Source: an uncultured delta proteobacterium (GTDB lineage Bacteria; Desulfobacterota; Binatia; Bin18). From it: a stretch of 64,000 bases of DNA. Every line of letters starts with the position of its first letter. Positions within the stretch are counted from its first letter, which is position 1. Location: positions 32,001 through 96,000 of the forward strand of contig CAVTCR010000081.1 in the NCBI GenBank assembly GCA_963733195.1, given 5' to 3'. This document shows positions 52,039-62,333 of this stretch, one piece after another. The position numbers were made by a program, and so were the translations under genes. The notes beneath the pieces are model-generated. The model ran no database searches, was not told the origin of the DNA, and saw nothing but the letters and a program-made list of their open reading frames with translations.

Positions 52039-52098
52039 TCGAATTTTTTCATACTACAGTAAGAGTTCTCGTAGTCTGTCTATGTAATGATAAAGGAT

Positions 52099-52183
52099 TG
52101 TCATTGCGAGCGTAGCGAAGCAATCTTTTTGGAGATATTGTGTCGCCGAGATTGCTTCGTCGCTAATACTCCTCGCAATGACA
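52099..52183. repeat. Palindromic repeat element
   Basis: 12-bp terminal IR TGTCATTGCGAG/CTCGCAATGACA, inner CGAAGCAATC/GATTGCTTCG. Confidence 0.75.
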
Positions 52184-52221
52184 GGAACTTGCGGTTTGTA
52201 GACACACAAGGAGGATCCACA

Positions 52222-53340
52222 ATGAAAGTCATCGACGGCGATAGCCACTTTATGGAGCCATTGGACTTGTTTGATCGTTATACTGATGCGAAATTTCGTG
52301 AGCAGGCGATGCGGGTGGTGCAAGACCCCGCGACTGGCAAGCCTGCCTTAGTCGTCGAAGGGCGACAGTTACATATCCTCAATGTCGAAGAACTACTCGC
52401 TGCTGTGGTTGGCTACGGTCAAAAGGAAGCGGGACACGACCTCAGCAATTTTGATCAAGCGTTGACGTACAATGCTGAGTGGCAAGACATGACCAAACGC
52501 GTGCAGTTCCTTGATCAGGAAGGAATCGATTTGCAGATTCTTTATCCGACGATGGGTCTCTTGTGGGAAGGTGGAGTAGAAAGTCCACAAGTTGCCGATG
52601 CGCTGTGCCGCGCCTACAATACTTGGGCGTTCGAGATTACCGCCTCACAGAAGCACAGATTGTTTCCCGCCGCTCATATTTCACTGCGTGATACTCAATT
52701 GGCAGTGAAAGAACTGCAACGAGTCGCTACACTCGGCTGCAAGACTATCTTTGTTGCGGCGATGCCAGTCAACGGTCACAGCTTTGGCCACCCAGATTTG
52801 GACCCGGTGTGGGCGGCGGTGCAGGATCTGGATCTTAGTGTCGGTATCCATCTGGTTGGCCACCGGCATTACACCGGCAGTCAGTGGTATCAAGATCGTG
52901 ATCCGGGTTTTATGTTTGTGACGATGAACGTGATCCAAGACCCGCGTATGGCGCTGACGACGATGGTCTATGACGGTGTATTTGAGCGGTTTCCGAAGTT
53001 GCGAGTGGCGACCATCGAAGCGATGGCTGGGTGGGTGGGTGAATGGCTTGAACGGCTCAACTATCGTTTCAAGTATATGAAGCACACCTCGCAGATGAAG
53101 AGGTCAGCGAGCGAGTACTTTGCCCAGAATATTTGGATCAACGGTGATCCCGAAGAGCAGATGTTTCCGATTATGGTCCAGTTCGCCGGTGACGAACGCT
53201 TCTTTGTCGGTTCCGATTACCCACATGCCGAGGGGTTTATTGAGCCGATGAAGAAAGCGCGTAAGCTGCTTTCTGGATTACCCACAACTTCGGTAGACAA
53301 GATTTTAGGGGCGAATGCGCAGAGGTTCTTTGGGATTTAG
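52222..53340 (+). CDS. Amidohydrolase family protein (Amidohydro_2)
   Basis: VIDGDSHFMEP, GVFERFPKLRV, GSDYPHAEG. Confidence 0.9.
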   Translation: MKVIDGDSHFMEPLDLFDRYTDAKFREQAMRVVQDPATGKPALVVEGRQLHILNVEELLAAVVGYGQKEAGHDLSNFDQALTYNAEWQDMTKRVQFLDQEGIDLQILYPTMGLLWEGGVESPQVADALCRAYNTWAFEITASQKHRLFPAAHISLRDTQLAVKELQRVATLGCKTIFVAAMPVNGHSFGHPDLDPVWAAVQDLDLSVGIHLVGHRHYTGSQWYQDRDPGFMFVTMNVIQDPRMALTTMVYDGVFERFPKLRVATIEAMAGWVGEWLERLNYRFKYMKHTSQMKRSASEYFAQNIWINGDPEEQMFPIMVQFAGDERFFVGSDYPHAEGFIEPMKKARKLLSGLPTTSVDKILGANAQRFFGI

Positions 53341-53427
53341 GCTGCAGGCCGCAGGCTGTAGGCTTAAGGTTAAGAAGCTCCCCTACAGCCTTAAGCCTCT
53401 GTAGGTGAATCACAAGAGAGGAGAGGT

Positions 53428-54465
53428 ATGTCCCTTGAAGGCCTGATTGACGTACACGCCTTGGAAACGTTCTTACGCCAAAATTTGCCGCCGCATGAAG
53501 GCGAGATAATTATTGAGAAGCATGAAGCTGGTTTCTCGAACGAAACCTTCTACGTTTCTTGGGGACCGAAACGATGGGTGATGCGCCGCCCACCGCGTGG
53601 AGACATTCTGCCCACGGCTCACGATATGTTACGTGAGTTTCGTGTGCTGTCTGGCTTAGCCCCGACTGGAGTGCGGGTGCCGCGGCCGGCGGTGGTGTGT
53701 GAAGATCGTTCAATTATTGGCGTGCCGTTCTATTTGATGGAGCGGATAGAAGGTGTGGTCATTCGTGAACAACTCCCGCCTGAGTTCGATGCGGTGATAG
53801 ATCGCAAGAAAATTGGCGAAGAGCTGATCGACGCGTTGGTCGAGTTGCATGCCGTCGATTGGCAAAAAACGCCACTCGTGAATTTGGGAAAACCCGAAGG
53901 CTTTCTTGAACGGCAATTACGACGGTGGCTGGGGCAGTTAGAACTGACCTTGCCGCGAACTCGTTCGCTGCAAGGTATCCATGAGGTAACGCAATGGTTG
54001 CAGACCCATGTGCCACCACAAAGCACGACCAGTATCGTGCATGGCGACTACAAGCTCGATAACGTGATGTTTGCGCCGCCACCGTCAACGCATTTGGTTG
54101 CAATCTTTGATTGGGAGATGGCAACCCTTGGTGATCCGCTTGCTGACCTTGGCTGGGTACTGAGCTTTTGGGGGCCAACAGGCGATCCCCCTGACCCTGA
54201 GCCAAAAGAGAGTAATTACATCACCTCACAACCTGGATTTCTCGCACGCGAAGAGCTGCTGGCACGGTATGAACAAAAAACTGGCCGGACAATGAAGCAC
54301 TTTGCCTTTTATCATTGCATGGCTGTGTGGAAGTTGGCGATTATTCTTGAAGGGTTATATCGCCACTACATTGAAGGCACGGCGTCAAATCCCAAAGCCA
54401 ATGAATTTGAATGGAGAGTGCCACAGCTTGTTGATCGTGCGCATCGGATTATTGCCGCTGCGTGA
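53428..54465 (+). CDS. Phosphotransferase family protein (APH-like, ACAD10/11 N-terminal type)
   Basis: GFSNETF, RRPP...AHDMLREF, HGDYKLDN, FDWEMATLGDPLADL. Confidence 0.9.
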   Translation: MSLEGLIDVHALETFLRQNLPPHEGEIIIEKHEAGFSNETFYVSWGPKRWVMRRPPRGDILPTAHDMLREFRVLSGLAPTGVRVPRPAVVCEDRSIIGVPFYLMERIEGVVIREQLPPEFDAVIDRKKIGEELIDALVELHAVDWQKTPLVNLGKPEGFLERQLRRWLGQLELTLPRTRSLQGIHEVTQWLQTHVPPQSTTSIVHGDYKLDNVMFAPPPSTHLVAIFDWEMATLGDPLADLGWVLSFWGPTGDPPDPEPKESNYITSQPGFLAREELLARYEQKTGRTMKHFAFYHCMAVWKLAIILEGLYRHYIEGTASNPKANEFEWRVPQLVDRAHRIIAAA

Positions 54466-54541
54466 GCTTGTCGGTCATGTGGCCGAGAAAAAACAGCCTC
54501 TCGTTTACTCCGGCAAGGCCAACACCTGACGCAACACGTCA

Positions 54542-56147
54542 ATGTTCCAAAGTACACACTTCGTCTGGGTCATTTGTTTACTTGGCGGGCTGTTGAGGAT
54601 CTACCAACTTGGCAGTGAGAGCCTGTGGCGAGATGAAATTAGTTCGGCGGCTGTTGCTCAGCTCTCTTTGGCGCAGATTGTCGAGAACCGCTCTTCCGAT
54701 GTCCATCCGCCATTGTATTACTTTCTGTTACACTATTGGGTAGCTCTCTTGGGATCTTCGGAATTTAAAATCCGTCTACTGTCGGCCATTTTTGGCAGCG
54801 CATCCCTGTGGCCGATGTACAAAATAGGGCGCACCCTTTTTAATCAGTTTGTGGGGATTCTCAGTGCTCTCCTCTTGGCGCTTGCTGAATTCCATATTCA
54901 CTACTCACAAGAGGCAAAGAGCTACAGTCTCCTAACGTTTCTTACCTTACTGTCTTTTCTGTCGTTGATTCAGCTTCTCGAAGATCGGAAATTTTTCGTC
55001 TGCATTCTTTATGTCGTTGTAAACACATTGCTCATTTATACTCACGCCTATGGGCATTTCATTCTCATTAGTCAGCACTTCTTTTTTCTCTATTTGTTTT
55101 TTTCAGTTCCCGAAAAAAACAAATTCACGGTGAAGGAGTGGTTGATTCTCCAGAGTATCCCACTGGTTCTTTACATACCGTGGGCTCAGATTTTTCTCGA
55201 CCAGGTGCACAAACAACAAGAGAGGTTTTGGCTTGAGACTCCGACGATTTCCTCAGTGGAGAGAACGTTTTCAGATTATGCTGGCTCTCGACTCTCTCTC
55301 ATCTTACTTCTGTTCATTGTGGTGTTTCCCTATATGCAGCACGCTATATGGAAGGGGAAAAACGCGGAGAACGAATGGTCTAGGGGACAGATATAGGAGA
55401 TTGAGGACAGCGAGAGGAGGAACTGGGGGGGAGAGACCTTGTATGGGGAGAGGGGGGTAGCGGGGTACTATCGGGGGGGGGGTGATATATTGTTGATAGT
55501 TAGTTCTAGCGGTGGCTTGTTTAGGCGATCGCTAGAAAAGCCTGGACAACGGTCGAGCAATTCGGCTAGCTGGTCGTTCGCCCTTTTGCTTTCCTGGCTC
55601 CTAACGCCGATTCTGCTGCCTTTTGCGATTTCGCAGGTGGCGACGCCGGTGTATCTCACAAGGGGACCGGGAGTGCGTCGTGCGCGCTTTATATCCTCGT
55701 TGCAAATGGGGTGTATAGAATAAAAGGAGATCGAACCCTCCAATCTTGATGAGTAGCCTTATTTTCATCTTTTTCGCGGTCAATCTGTATGAGTATTATA
55801 CAAAGGTCAAAAAAGAACAGTGGCGAGAACTTGCCCATTACGTAGATAATCAGGCTGGACCGGGGGACCTCGTGCTGTTTTATCCCTCTTTTTGTCAGCA
55901 AGCGTTCGACTATTATTCGACGAGACGTGATCTCGTTAAAAAGGGTCCCCAGGATAACGGGGACGATGAAGCAAAGCAGTGGCAGTTGATAATGATGAGC
56001 ACAGAAAGTGACCCAGCATGGTTCATCCTGTGCGATGATCGAGCGAAGAGGACCTCGATGGAGCAGATGCTGGGCGAAGCCTATCCGTACTTGTCACGTG
56101 TACATTTCAAAGAACTAGACCTCTTACGATTGAGGAAGGAAGAATAA
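54542..56147 (+). CDS. GT-C/GT39-like membrane glycosyltransferase; frameshifted or noisy at 55390-55750
   Basis: LRIYQLGSESLWRDE, DVHPPLYY, RLLSAIFG, YSQEAKSYSL, WLLTPILLPF, KEQWRELA. Confidence 0.8.
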
Positions 56148-56164
56148 CGCACTCCGGCGCGCTC

Positions 56165-56956
56165 CTACGTCGAAGTGGCCAGCACCTCTCGCAGTACGTC
56201 GAGCGTTTCCTGATGTAACAACCCATTTGTCGCTAGCGTTTGTTCACCAGTGATGTCAAACGTTTGGCCGGTGAAATTGCTCATCTTGCCGCCCGCTTCT
56301 TCGACAATCAGTGATCCGGCGGCCGTGTCCCACGGATGCAACCGCCATTCCCAGAATGCATCAGCGCGGCCACAGGCAACATAACAAAGGTCGAGCGAGG
56401 CTGAACCGACGCGCCTCACTCCTTGTGTTCTCATCATGAAGGCTTGATAAAAGCGCAAATAGTATTCACTGCGTTTGCGGCGATCATACGGAAACCCGGT
56501 GAGAACCAGCGATTGGTCGAGCGTCGGGGTTGGCGAGACGTGAATGGGGTGGTTATTGAGTGTTGCCCCGTTCCCGCGCATCGCACAGAAAAGTTCGTCT
56601 TTGATCGGGTCATAGACAACACCGACGATTATCTGCGACTCGTGCATCAGTCCGATCGACACGGCGAAATGAGGAAACGAGTGCGCAAAATTGGTGGTGC
56701 CGTCGATCGGGTCAATGTACCAGCGATAGGCGCTGGGCTTGCCTGACACTGCGGATTCTTCGGCGATGATCTGATGATCGGGAAAGCGGGAACGGAGAAT
56801 CCCAGTAATCAACGCGTCTGAGGCTTTATCGACGTTAGTAACCAGATCGACAATATCTGTCTTGATCTCAATGGTTTTGGCTTTTTGCCAGTTGTCTTTG
56901 AGTAACGCCCCAGCCTGACGTGCGGCATCGACCGCGACCTTCATGAATGTATCCAT
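56165..56956 (-). CDS. suhB: Inositol monophosphatase family protein
   Basis: DLVTNVD, WYIDPIDGTTNF, RRVGSASLDL, WDTAAG. Confidence 0.9.
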   Translation of the reverse strand: MDTFMKVAVDAARQAGALLKDNWQKAKTIEIKTDIVDLVTNVDKASDALITGILRSRFPDHQIIAEESAVSGKPSAYRWYIDPIDGTTNFAHSFPHFAVSIGLMHESQIIVGVVYDPIKDELFCAMRGNGATLNNHPIHVSPTPTLDQSLVLTGFPYDRRKRSEYYLRFYQAFMMRTQGVRRVGSASLDLCYVACGRADAFWEWRLHPWDTAAGSLIVEEAGGKMSNFTGQTFDITGEQTLATNGLLHQETLDVLREVLATST

Positions 56957-57016
56957 GCTGTTGTTGTTTCATAGGGAGCTTTCGGCTGCAACGACGAGCA
57001 GCTAAATATCAACATC

Positions 57017-57868
57017 ATGCGGATTCTTGCTCCGGCGAAAATTAATGTCTTCCTGCGAATCACTGGCCGGCGGCCAGATGGATACCACTTGCTTGATTCC
57101 CTGATGGTGCCGATCAGTTTGTGTGATGAGATTCAGATAGAGATAGAGAGAGAGACAAGAGAAGGATTCCAAATAACTCTTACTTGTGATGATCCGACAT
57201 TGCCGACTGATGAAACGAATCTTGCCCACAAGGCTGCAACGTTGTTGTGCAAAGAAGCCGAAGTACAAGCTCACATTACTATTGATCTACTCAAGCGCAT
57301 TCCGGCTGGTGCCGGACTTGGCGGCGGGAGCAGTGATGCAGCCGCAGTATTGAAAGGCCTGAACGCGCTCTTATCATTGGGGTTTGATGAGTCGCGCTTG
57401 CGTGCGCTTGCCACTCGATTAGGCGCTGATGTGCCTTTTTTTATTCCTTGTCGTCCTTCACGTGTCCAAGGAATCGGGGAAATTCTGACCCCAGTGTTCG
57501 CGTTGCCACCGAAATGGTTTGTTGTGGTTGTTCCCCCCTTTGGCGTCTCTACACTGTGGGCCTATCGCCGTTTTGATGAACTGCCTGAACAAGAGAGCCC
57601 TGATAGTAAGATTGAACTGACCAACGGAAGGTGGCCTCTGGGAAAACTTCTCGTTAATGACCTCGAACGTGCAGTGATTTCAGCATATCCATCAATTGGC
57701 GAACTCAAAGAACAAATGCTCCGGCTTGGTGCAGAGAGTGCTTTGATGTCTGGCAGTGGTTCAGCCGTGTTTGGTATGTTTCAGAATCCCCACATTGCAG
57801 AACAGGCAGTGGACACACTTGGAAAAATAGGAAAAGCTTTTGTTGTCGAGCACTTGAACGAATCATAG
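57017..57868 (+). CDS. ispE: 4-diphosphocytidyl-2-C-methyl-D-erythritol kinase
   Basis: APAKINVFL...DGYH, IPAGAGLGGGSSDAA, LGADVPFF, MSGSGS. Confidence 0.96.
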   Translation: MRILAPAKINVFLRITGRRPDGYHLLDSLMVPISLCDEIQIEIERETREGFQITLTCDDPTLPTDETNLAHKAATLLCKEAEVQAHITIDLLKRIPAGAGLGGGSSDAAAVLKGLNALLSLGFDESRLRALATRLGADVPFFIPCRPSRVQGIGEILTPVFALPPKWFVVVVPPFGVSTLWAYRRFDELPEQESPDSKIELTNGRWPLGKLLVNDLERAVISAYPSIGELKEQMLRLGAESALMSGSGSAVFGMFQNPHIAEQAVDTLGKIGKAFVVEHLNES

Positions 57869-58195
57869 AGTATCAATACTGTGTGTTCCATTAATCAGCA
57901 CTCTGTGAAGTGGGTGGGAGTTGCAGGCTCGGTTCTTCTATTGCTTATCTTTTCGCCGCTTCCCCTTTTCGCCATTTCCCCTTTTTCTGCCGTAGACTTC
58001 TAAGGGCAAAACTGCTACGTAATTTTGGCCTTCAGCGATCAACTATCAGCCAAAAATGCATGCTGACGAATGAGGACTGGGGACTGGGTAAACGAGGACG
58101 AAAAGCCTGAAAAGAGAACAAAACAGTCCTCATTGCTGAGTTCTCTATGTCATTCTTCGTTGATCACTGAATGCGAGTAGATGGCTTCTCGATAA

Positions 58196-58269
58196 TGGGG
58201 AGTAGCCAAGTTTGGTAAGGCACCGGACTTTGACTCCGGCACCCGCAGGTTCAAATCCTGCCTCCCCAG
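58196..58269 (+). tRNA. tRNA-Gln (TTG)
   Basis: TGGGGAG/CTCCCCA acceptor stem, CCGGA-CTTTGAC-TCCGG anticodon arm, GGTTCAAATCC T-arm; canonical ispE-tRNA-Gln-prs order. Confidence 0.95.
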
Positions 58270-58304
58270 TGTGTTTTGTGGTCTTCGAGCAGGTGAGGAG
58301 TATT

Positions 58305-59282
58305 ATGCGAGACGCACCCCTGAAGATCTTTGCTGGAAATTCAAACGTACCCTTGGCGAAGGAGATCTGCGCATATCTCGGTACCTCGCTAGGGGCAGCA
58401 GATATTCGTCGCTTCAGTGACGGCGAGATAGCGGTCGAAATCACTGAAAACGTGCGCGGTGGCGATGTGTTCGTCATGCAATCCATCTGCACGCCTGGCA
58501 ATGACAACCTGATGGAGTTGCTGTTAATGCTCGATGCTTTTAAGCGAGCATCGGCAAACCGCATCACAGCGGTGATTCCTTACTATGGCTATGCACGACA
58601 GGATCGCAAGGTTGCCCCACGTGTACCGATTAGTGCGAAACTCGTCGCTGATCTTGTCACGACAGCCGGGGCTTCGCGCGTGTTGACGGCTGAACTGCAT
58701 GCTGGGCAGATTCAAGGATTCTTTAACATCCCAGTCGATAATCTGTTTTCTGCACCAGTGCTGTTGCCGTATATTCGTTCCCGCATTGGTCGTCAGGAGG
58801 TCACAATTGTTTCTCCTGATGCCGGTGGTGTTGAACGTGCCCGCGCTTTTGCGAAACGCCTAGGTTCGTCATTGGCAATTATTGATAAACGCAGAGCACG
58901 TGAAGGCGAGTCTAAAATCTCAGGGAAAGCCAATGTCGATGTTGCCGAGATGAACATTATCGGTGACGTTGAAGGTCGGGTTGCTATTCTTATCGATGAT
59001 ATGATTGATACGGCAGGAACGCTGACTACGGCGGCGGCGGCCTTGCACGAAGCCGGTGCACAAGCGGTGTTTGCTTGCTGTACGCATCCGATTCTTTCCG
59101 GGCCTGCAATCGAGCGTATTCGTGGGTCGGTGCTTGAGGAACTACTTGTCACCAATTCGATTCCCTTACGGTCTGAGGCTCAGGGGGTAGAAAAAATTAA
59201 GGTACTGTCGCTGGCGCCTCTGATCGGTGAAGCGATTCGTCGTATTCATAACGAGGAGTCAATTAGCTCTCTGTTTGTTTGA
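58305..59282 (+). CDS. prs: Ribose-phosphate pyrophosphokinase
   Basis: [37 protein letters not shown]. Confidence 0.97.
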   Translation: MRDAPLKIFAGNSNVPLAKEICAYLGTSLGAADIRRFSDGEIAVEITENVRGGDVFVMQSICTPGNDNLMELLLMLDAFKRASANRITAVIPYYGYARQDRKVAPRVPISAKLVADLVTTAGASRVLTAELHAGQIQGFFNIPVDNLFSAPVLLPYIRSRIGRQEVTIVSPDAGGVERARAFAKRLGSSLAIIDKRRAREGESKISGKANVDVAEMNIIGDVEGRVAILIDDMIDTAGTLTTAAAALHEAGAQAVFACCTHPILSGPAIERIRGSVLEELLVTNSIPLRSEAQGVEKIKVLSLAPLIGEAIRRIHNEESISSLFV

Positions 59283-59292
59283 TGAGGAAAAT

Positions 59293-59965
59293 ATGGAAAC
59301 AGTGGTTTTGAAAGTTGAAGATCGTCAAGTAAAAAGCAAAGGGGAATCTGGGAGACTGCGACGCAGCGGGAAAGTTCCAGCCGTTTTCTATGGTCCAGGA
59401 AAACGGCTGCCCCATTTGTGTCGATGCACGCGAGTTTCGCTTTAAGTTGGACGGCCTTGAAGGATCACATTTGATTCAGCTCACTTCGCCCGGTTCAGTA
59501 GTCAATGAGAAGTTGGCGCTGTTGAAAGAAGTGCAACGCCATCCGGTGACCAGTGCCCCAGTCCATATCGACTTCTACGAGGTCGATGTGAATAAGCCGA
59601 TTGAAGTGACAGTCCCGTTGCATTTCATTGGCAAAGCACAAGGGGTGACGGCTGGTGGTATCCTGCAATCCCTCCGTCGCGAAATTACCGTAGAATGTCT
59701 GCCACGAGAAATCCCTGAGTTCTTTGAGGTGGATGTTTCACCGCTAGCCTTACACGACTCGGTACGTATTTCTGAAATTCCGTTGCCGGCTGGCGTGAAG
59801 GCGGTCTATGACACCGATGATTCCGTCGTAACTGTCGTTTCACCAGTAGCCGCTGAAACGAAAACTGAGACAGAAGTGGTTGAAGGAGAAGCTGCGGCTG
59901 GAACGGAGACGGCTGCCCCTGCACCAGCAGCGGCGGGTGGAGCACCAAAAGCGGACAAAAAATAG
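59293..59965 (+). CDS. rplY: 50S ribosomal protein L25/CTC; frameshift ~59400
   Basis: RLRRSGKVPAVFYG, KEVQRHPV...HIDFYEV, GVTAGG. Confidence 0.93.
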
Positions 59966-60096
59966 AGGCCCGAGAGGTGAAATGGGCGAAATAGGGAAGA
60001 TGGGCAAAAGGCAAGGAAACACTGAACAATTTGTTTCCTCACTGTTTTGCCCTTTCTCCCATTTTACCCTTTTCCTCATTTTATTCAGGTTCGGAC

Positions 60097-60687
60097 GTGC
60101 GTGTCATTATTGGTCTCGGAAATCCTGGTCCCGAACACCGCAAGACACGCCATAATGTCGGCTTTTGGGTGGTGAACACCTTGGCTGAACGCTGGGGCAT
60201 CCGCCTGTCTCGCCGAGCGTTTCTATCGTTGATTGGTGATGGCCAGCTAAACAGAGAGAAAGCTCTTCTCGTTCAACCTGAAACATACATGAATCGTAGT
60301 GGCGAGGCGGCAATAAAAATACGGGATTTCTACCGACTGGAATTGTCGGACTTTATTGTTATTCATGACGACCTTGACCTTCCCTTCGGACGAGTGAGGG
60401 TGAAGCGCGGAGGGGGAGGAGCAGGAGGAAACCGCGGAGTTGCTTCGCTGATTGCGGCGTTTGGCAGTAAAGAGTTCGTGCGCATTAAGGTCGGTATTGG
60501 GCGCCCTCCTGGACGTCAAGATCCGGCCGACTTTGTTTTACAGCCCTTTACTCCTCAAGAAGAAGCGTCTATTCTCCCCGCGGTGGATAACGCTGCCGAC
60601 GCGGTAGAAATGTGGGTCCGCGATGGTATTGAGAAAACGATGGCGGCAGTGAATGGAGCGGTCCAACCAGAGGCAGAGCAGCCGTAG
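60097..60687 (+). CDS. pth: Peptidyl-tRNA hydrolase
   Basis: IIGLGNPG...TRHNVGF, PETYMNRSG, HDDLDLP, RIKVGIGRP. Confidence 0.96.
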   Translation: MRVIIGLGNPGPEHRKTRHNVGFWVVNTLAERWGIRLSRRAFLSLIGDGQLNREKALLVQPETYMNRSGEAAIKIRDFYRLELSDFIVIHDDLDLPFGRVRVKRGGGGAGGNRGVASLIAAFGSKEFVRIKVGIGRPPGRQDPADFVLQPFTPQEEASILPAVDNAADAVEMWVRDGIEKTMAAVNGAVQPEAEQP

Positions 60688-60773
60688 AGAGTGAGAACAC
60701 TCAACGACCTTTGCTCGACACCCCTTAATGCGAGGACCACAAGTAGCGATGCGATTATTGGCAGGAGGAACGC

Positions 60774-61148
60774 ATGCCGAGTTACGAAACATTGTGCATT
60801 TTTCATCCAGAGTTGCCAGAAGCTCGAGTCAAAGAGCTAAACGCATGGATGCAAAAGATTGTTGAAGGAGCTAATGGGACAGTGGTCCGGGCAGATGAGT
60901 GGGGTATGCGGGATCTTGCTCACCTGATTAAGAAGCAGAGGCGCGGCTACTATCTCCGGCTTGAGTATGATGCGCCAGGGGCAACGGTGAAAGAGCTAGA
61001 GCGCAACCTTCGTATCAACGAAAATGTTTTGCGTTTCCTTTCGACCGTACGCAAGCCGTCCGTGGTTGCTCCAGCTTCGCAACCTTCTACGACGGCACCT
61101 TCCACACCTCCTCCGGTCGAATCAGAGAATCCGACTGCTGGTCAATAG
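60774..61148 (+). CDS. rpsF: 30S ribosomal protein S6
   Basis: YETLCIFHP, EWGMRDLAHLIKK, ELERNLRINENVLRF. Confidence 0.95.
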   Translation: MPSYETLCIFHPELPEARVKELNAWMQKIVEGANGTVVRADEWGMRDLAHLIKKQRRGYYLRLEYDAPGATVKELERNLRINENVLRFLSTVRKPSVVAPASQPSTTAPSTPPPVESENPTAGQ

Positions 61149-61212
61149 TTTTTTCTTAGGAACGAAGTTGATTTTCATAAAACTTTGGTATTTTGTTTGA
61201 AGGATTACGCGT

Positions 61213-61509
61213 ATGCCACCGAGACAACGACAACAAGAAAGAGGGCCGCAAAGAAGAGGGCCAGCGACCGATGATAAATTCCCGAATCGGCGCCGTTTAC
61301 GCCGTAAGGTGTGTCGATTCTGCGCTGACAAAGGAGCCGGAATTGACTACAAAGAGCAACGCATGCTGGAAGACTTTATTTCCGAACGAGGAAAGATCAT
61401 TCCCAGCCGGATTACGGGCACCTGCGCCTGGCATCAAAGAAAGCTGACCAAAGCGATTAAGCAAGCCCGCTCTATTGCGCTTGTGCCGTATGCGTCGGCA
61501 CGGTTGTAA
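61213..61509 (+). CDS. rpsR: 30S ribosomal protein S18 (zinc-binding type)
   Basis: [33 protein letters not shown]. Confidence 0.96.
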   Translation: MPPRQRQQERGPQRRGPATDDKFPNRRRLRRKVCRFCADKGAGIDYKEQRMLEDFISERGKIIPSRITGTCAWHQRKLTKAIKQARSIALVPYASARL

Positions 61510-61612
61510 GAGCGCATGGCAAGATGAAGACTCACCCCGTTCTATGGACGGTGAAACGATCTAGTTTTGAACTTGAGTTTTCTTATTTGCTGCCGTAAAA
61601 ATAGAGGCTGCT

Positions 61613-62059
61613 ATGGAGATCATTTTACAAGAAGATGTTGCGAACCTTGGTACTATCGGCGAGGTCGTGAAGGTTCGTGATGGATACGGACGTAATTATC
61701 TCATTCCTCGTGGGTTTGCTATTGAAGCAAATCGTCGTAACCTCCACGTCCTTGAACATCAGAAACGGTTAACGGCGGCAAAGAAGGAAAAAGATCACCA
61801 GAAAGCACAGGGAATGAGTGACCGGATTACCGCACTGTCATTAACAATCCAAGCTCGAGCTGGGGAAGAAGATCGTCTATTTGGTTCAGTGACGAATATC
61901 GACATTGAGAAGGCGCTGACAGCGCAAGGTGTGACGATCGATCGGCGAAAGATCCTGCTGGCAGAGCCAATTAAGCAACTTGGGACGTATACGGTTCCTG
62001 TTCACCTCAGTAGTGAAGTGCGCGGGAATATTACTGTGCATGTCGTGCGGGAATCGTAA
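61613..62059 (+). CDS. rplI: 50S ribosomal protein L9
   Basis: LGTIGEVVKVRDGYGRNYLIP, RLFGSVT, PIKQLG. Confidence 0.96.
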   Translation: MEIILQEDVANLGTIGEVVKVRDGYGRNYLIPRGFAIEANRRNLHVLEHQKRLTAAKKEKDHQKAQGMSDRITALSLTIQARAGEEDRLFGSVTNIDIEKALTAQGVTIDRRKILLAEPIKQLGTYTVPVHLSSEVRGNITVHVVRES

Positions 62060-62125
62060 CAGAGAAATGGTAGAGTGGGGAGCAGCTGAGCAAAAGGAGA
62101 GGAACTCCCTGTATCATAATTTTGC

Positions 62126-62197
<72 letters not shown>

Positions 62198-62333
62198 TTT
62201 CCCCCTTAGTCTAGAACTCGACGCTGTCAGCTTTCGGCACTAGAGATTGAATCCTTTTCCCAGTTGATCGAATCAATGAATTAATGCGTCAATCCATCAA
62301 CGACCCGCTGATTGCTGAAAGCTGATTGCTCTT

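Noticed and set aside
55390-55560. G-rich tract read as a G-quadruplex or phase-variation site in the glycosyltransferase
   Set aside because: Looks like locally degraded consensus; cannot be supported without reads.
4710-59965. Frameshifts in phoB, pstC, pstS2, pgm, rplY and the IS110 transposase read as programmed frameshifting or mass pseudogenisation
   Set aside because: Indels hit unrelated and housekeeping genes alike, often at homopolymers; long-read consensus error is the simpler explanation.
60774-62059. rpsF-rpsR-rplI without ssb/priB, and a possible S6:S18 leader upstream
   Set aside because: This gene order is common, and the leader pairing is too weak to call by eye.
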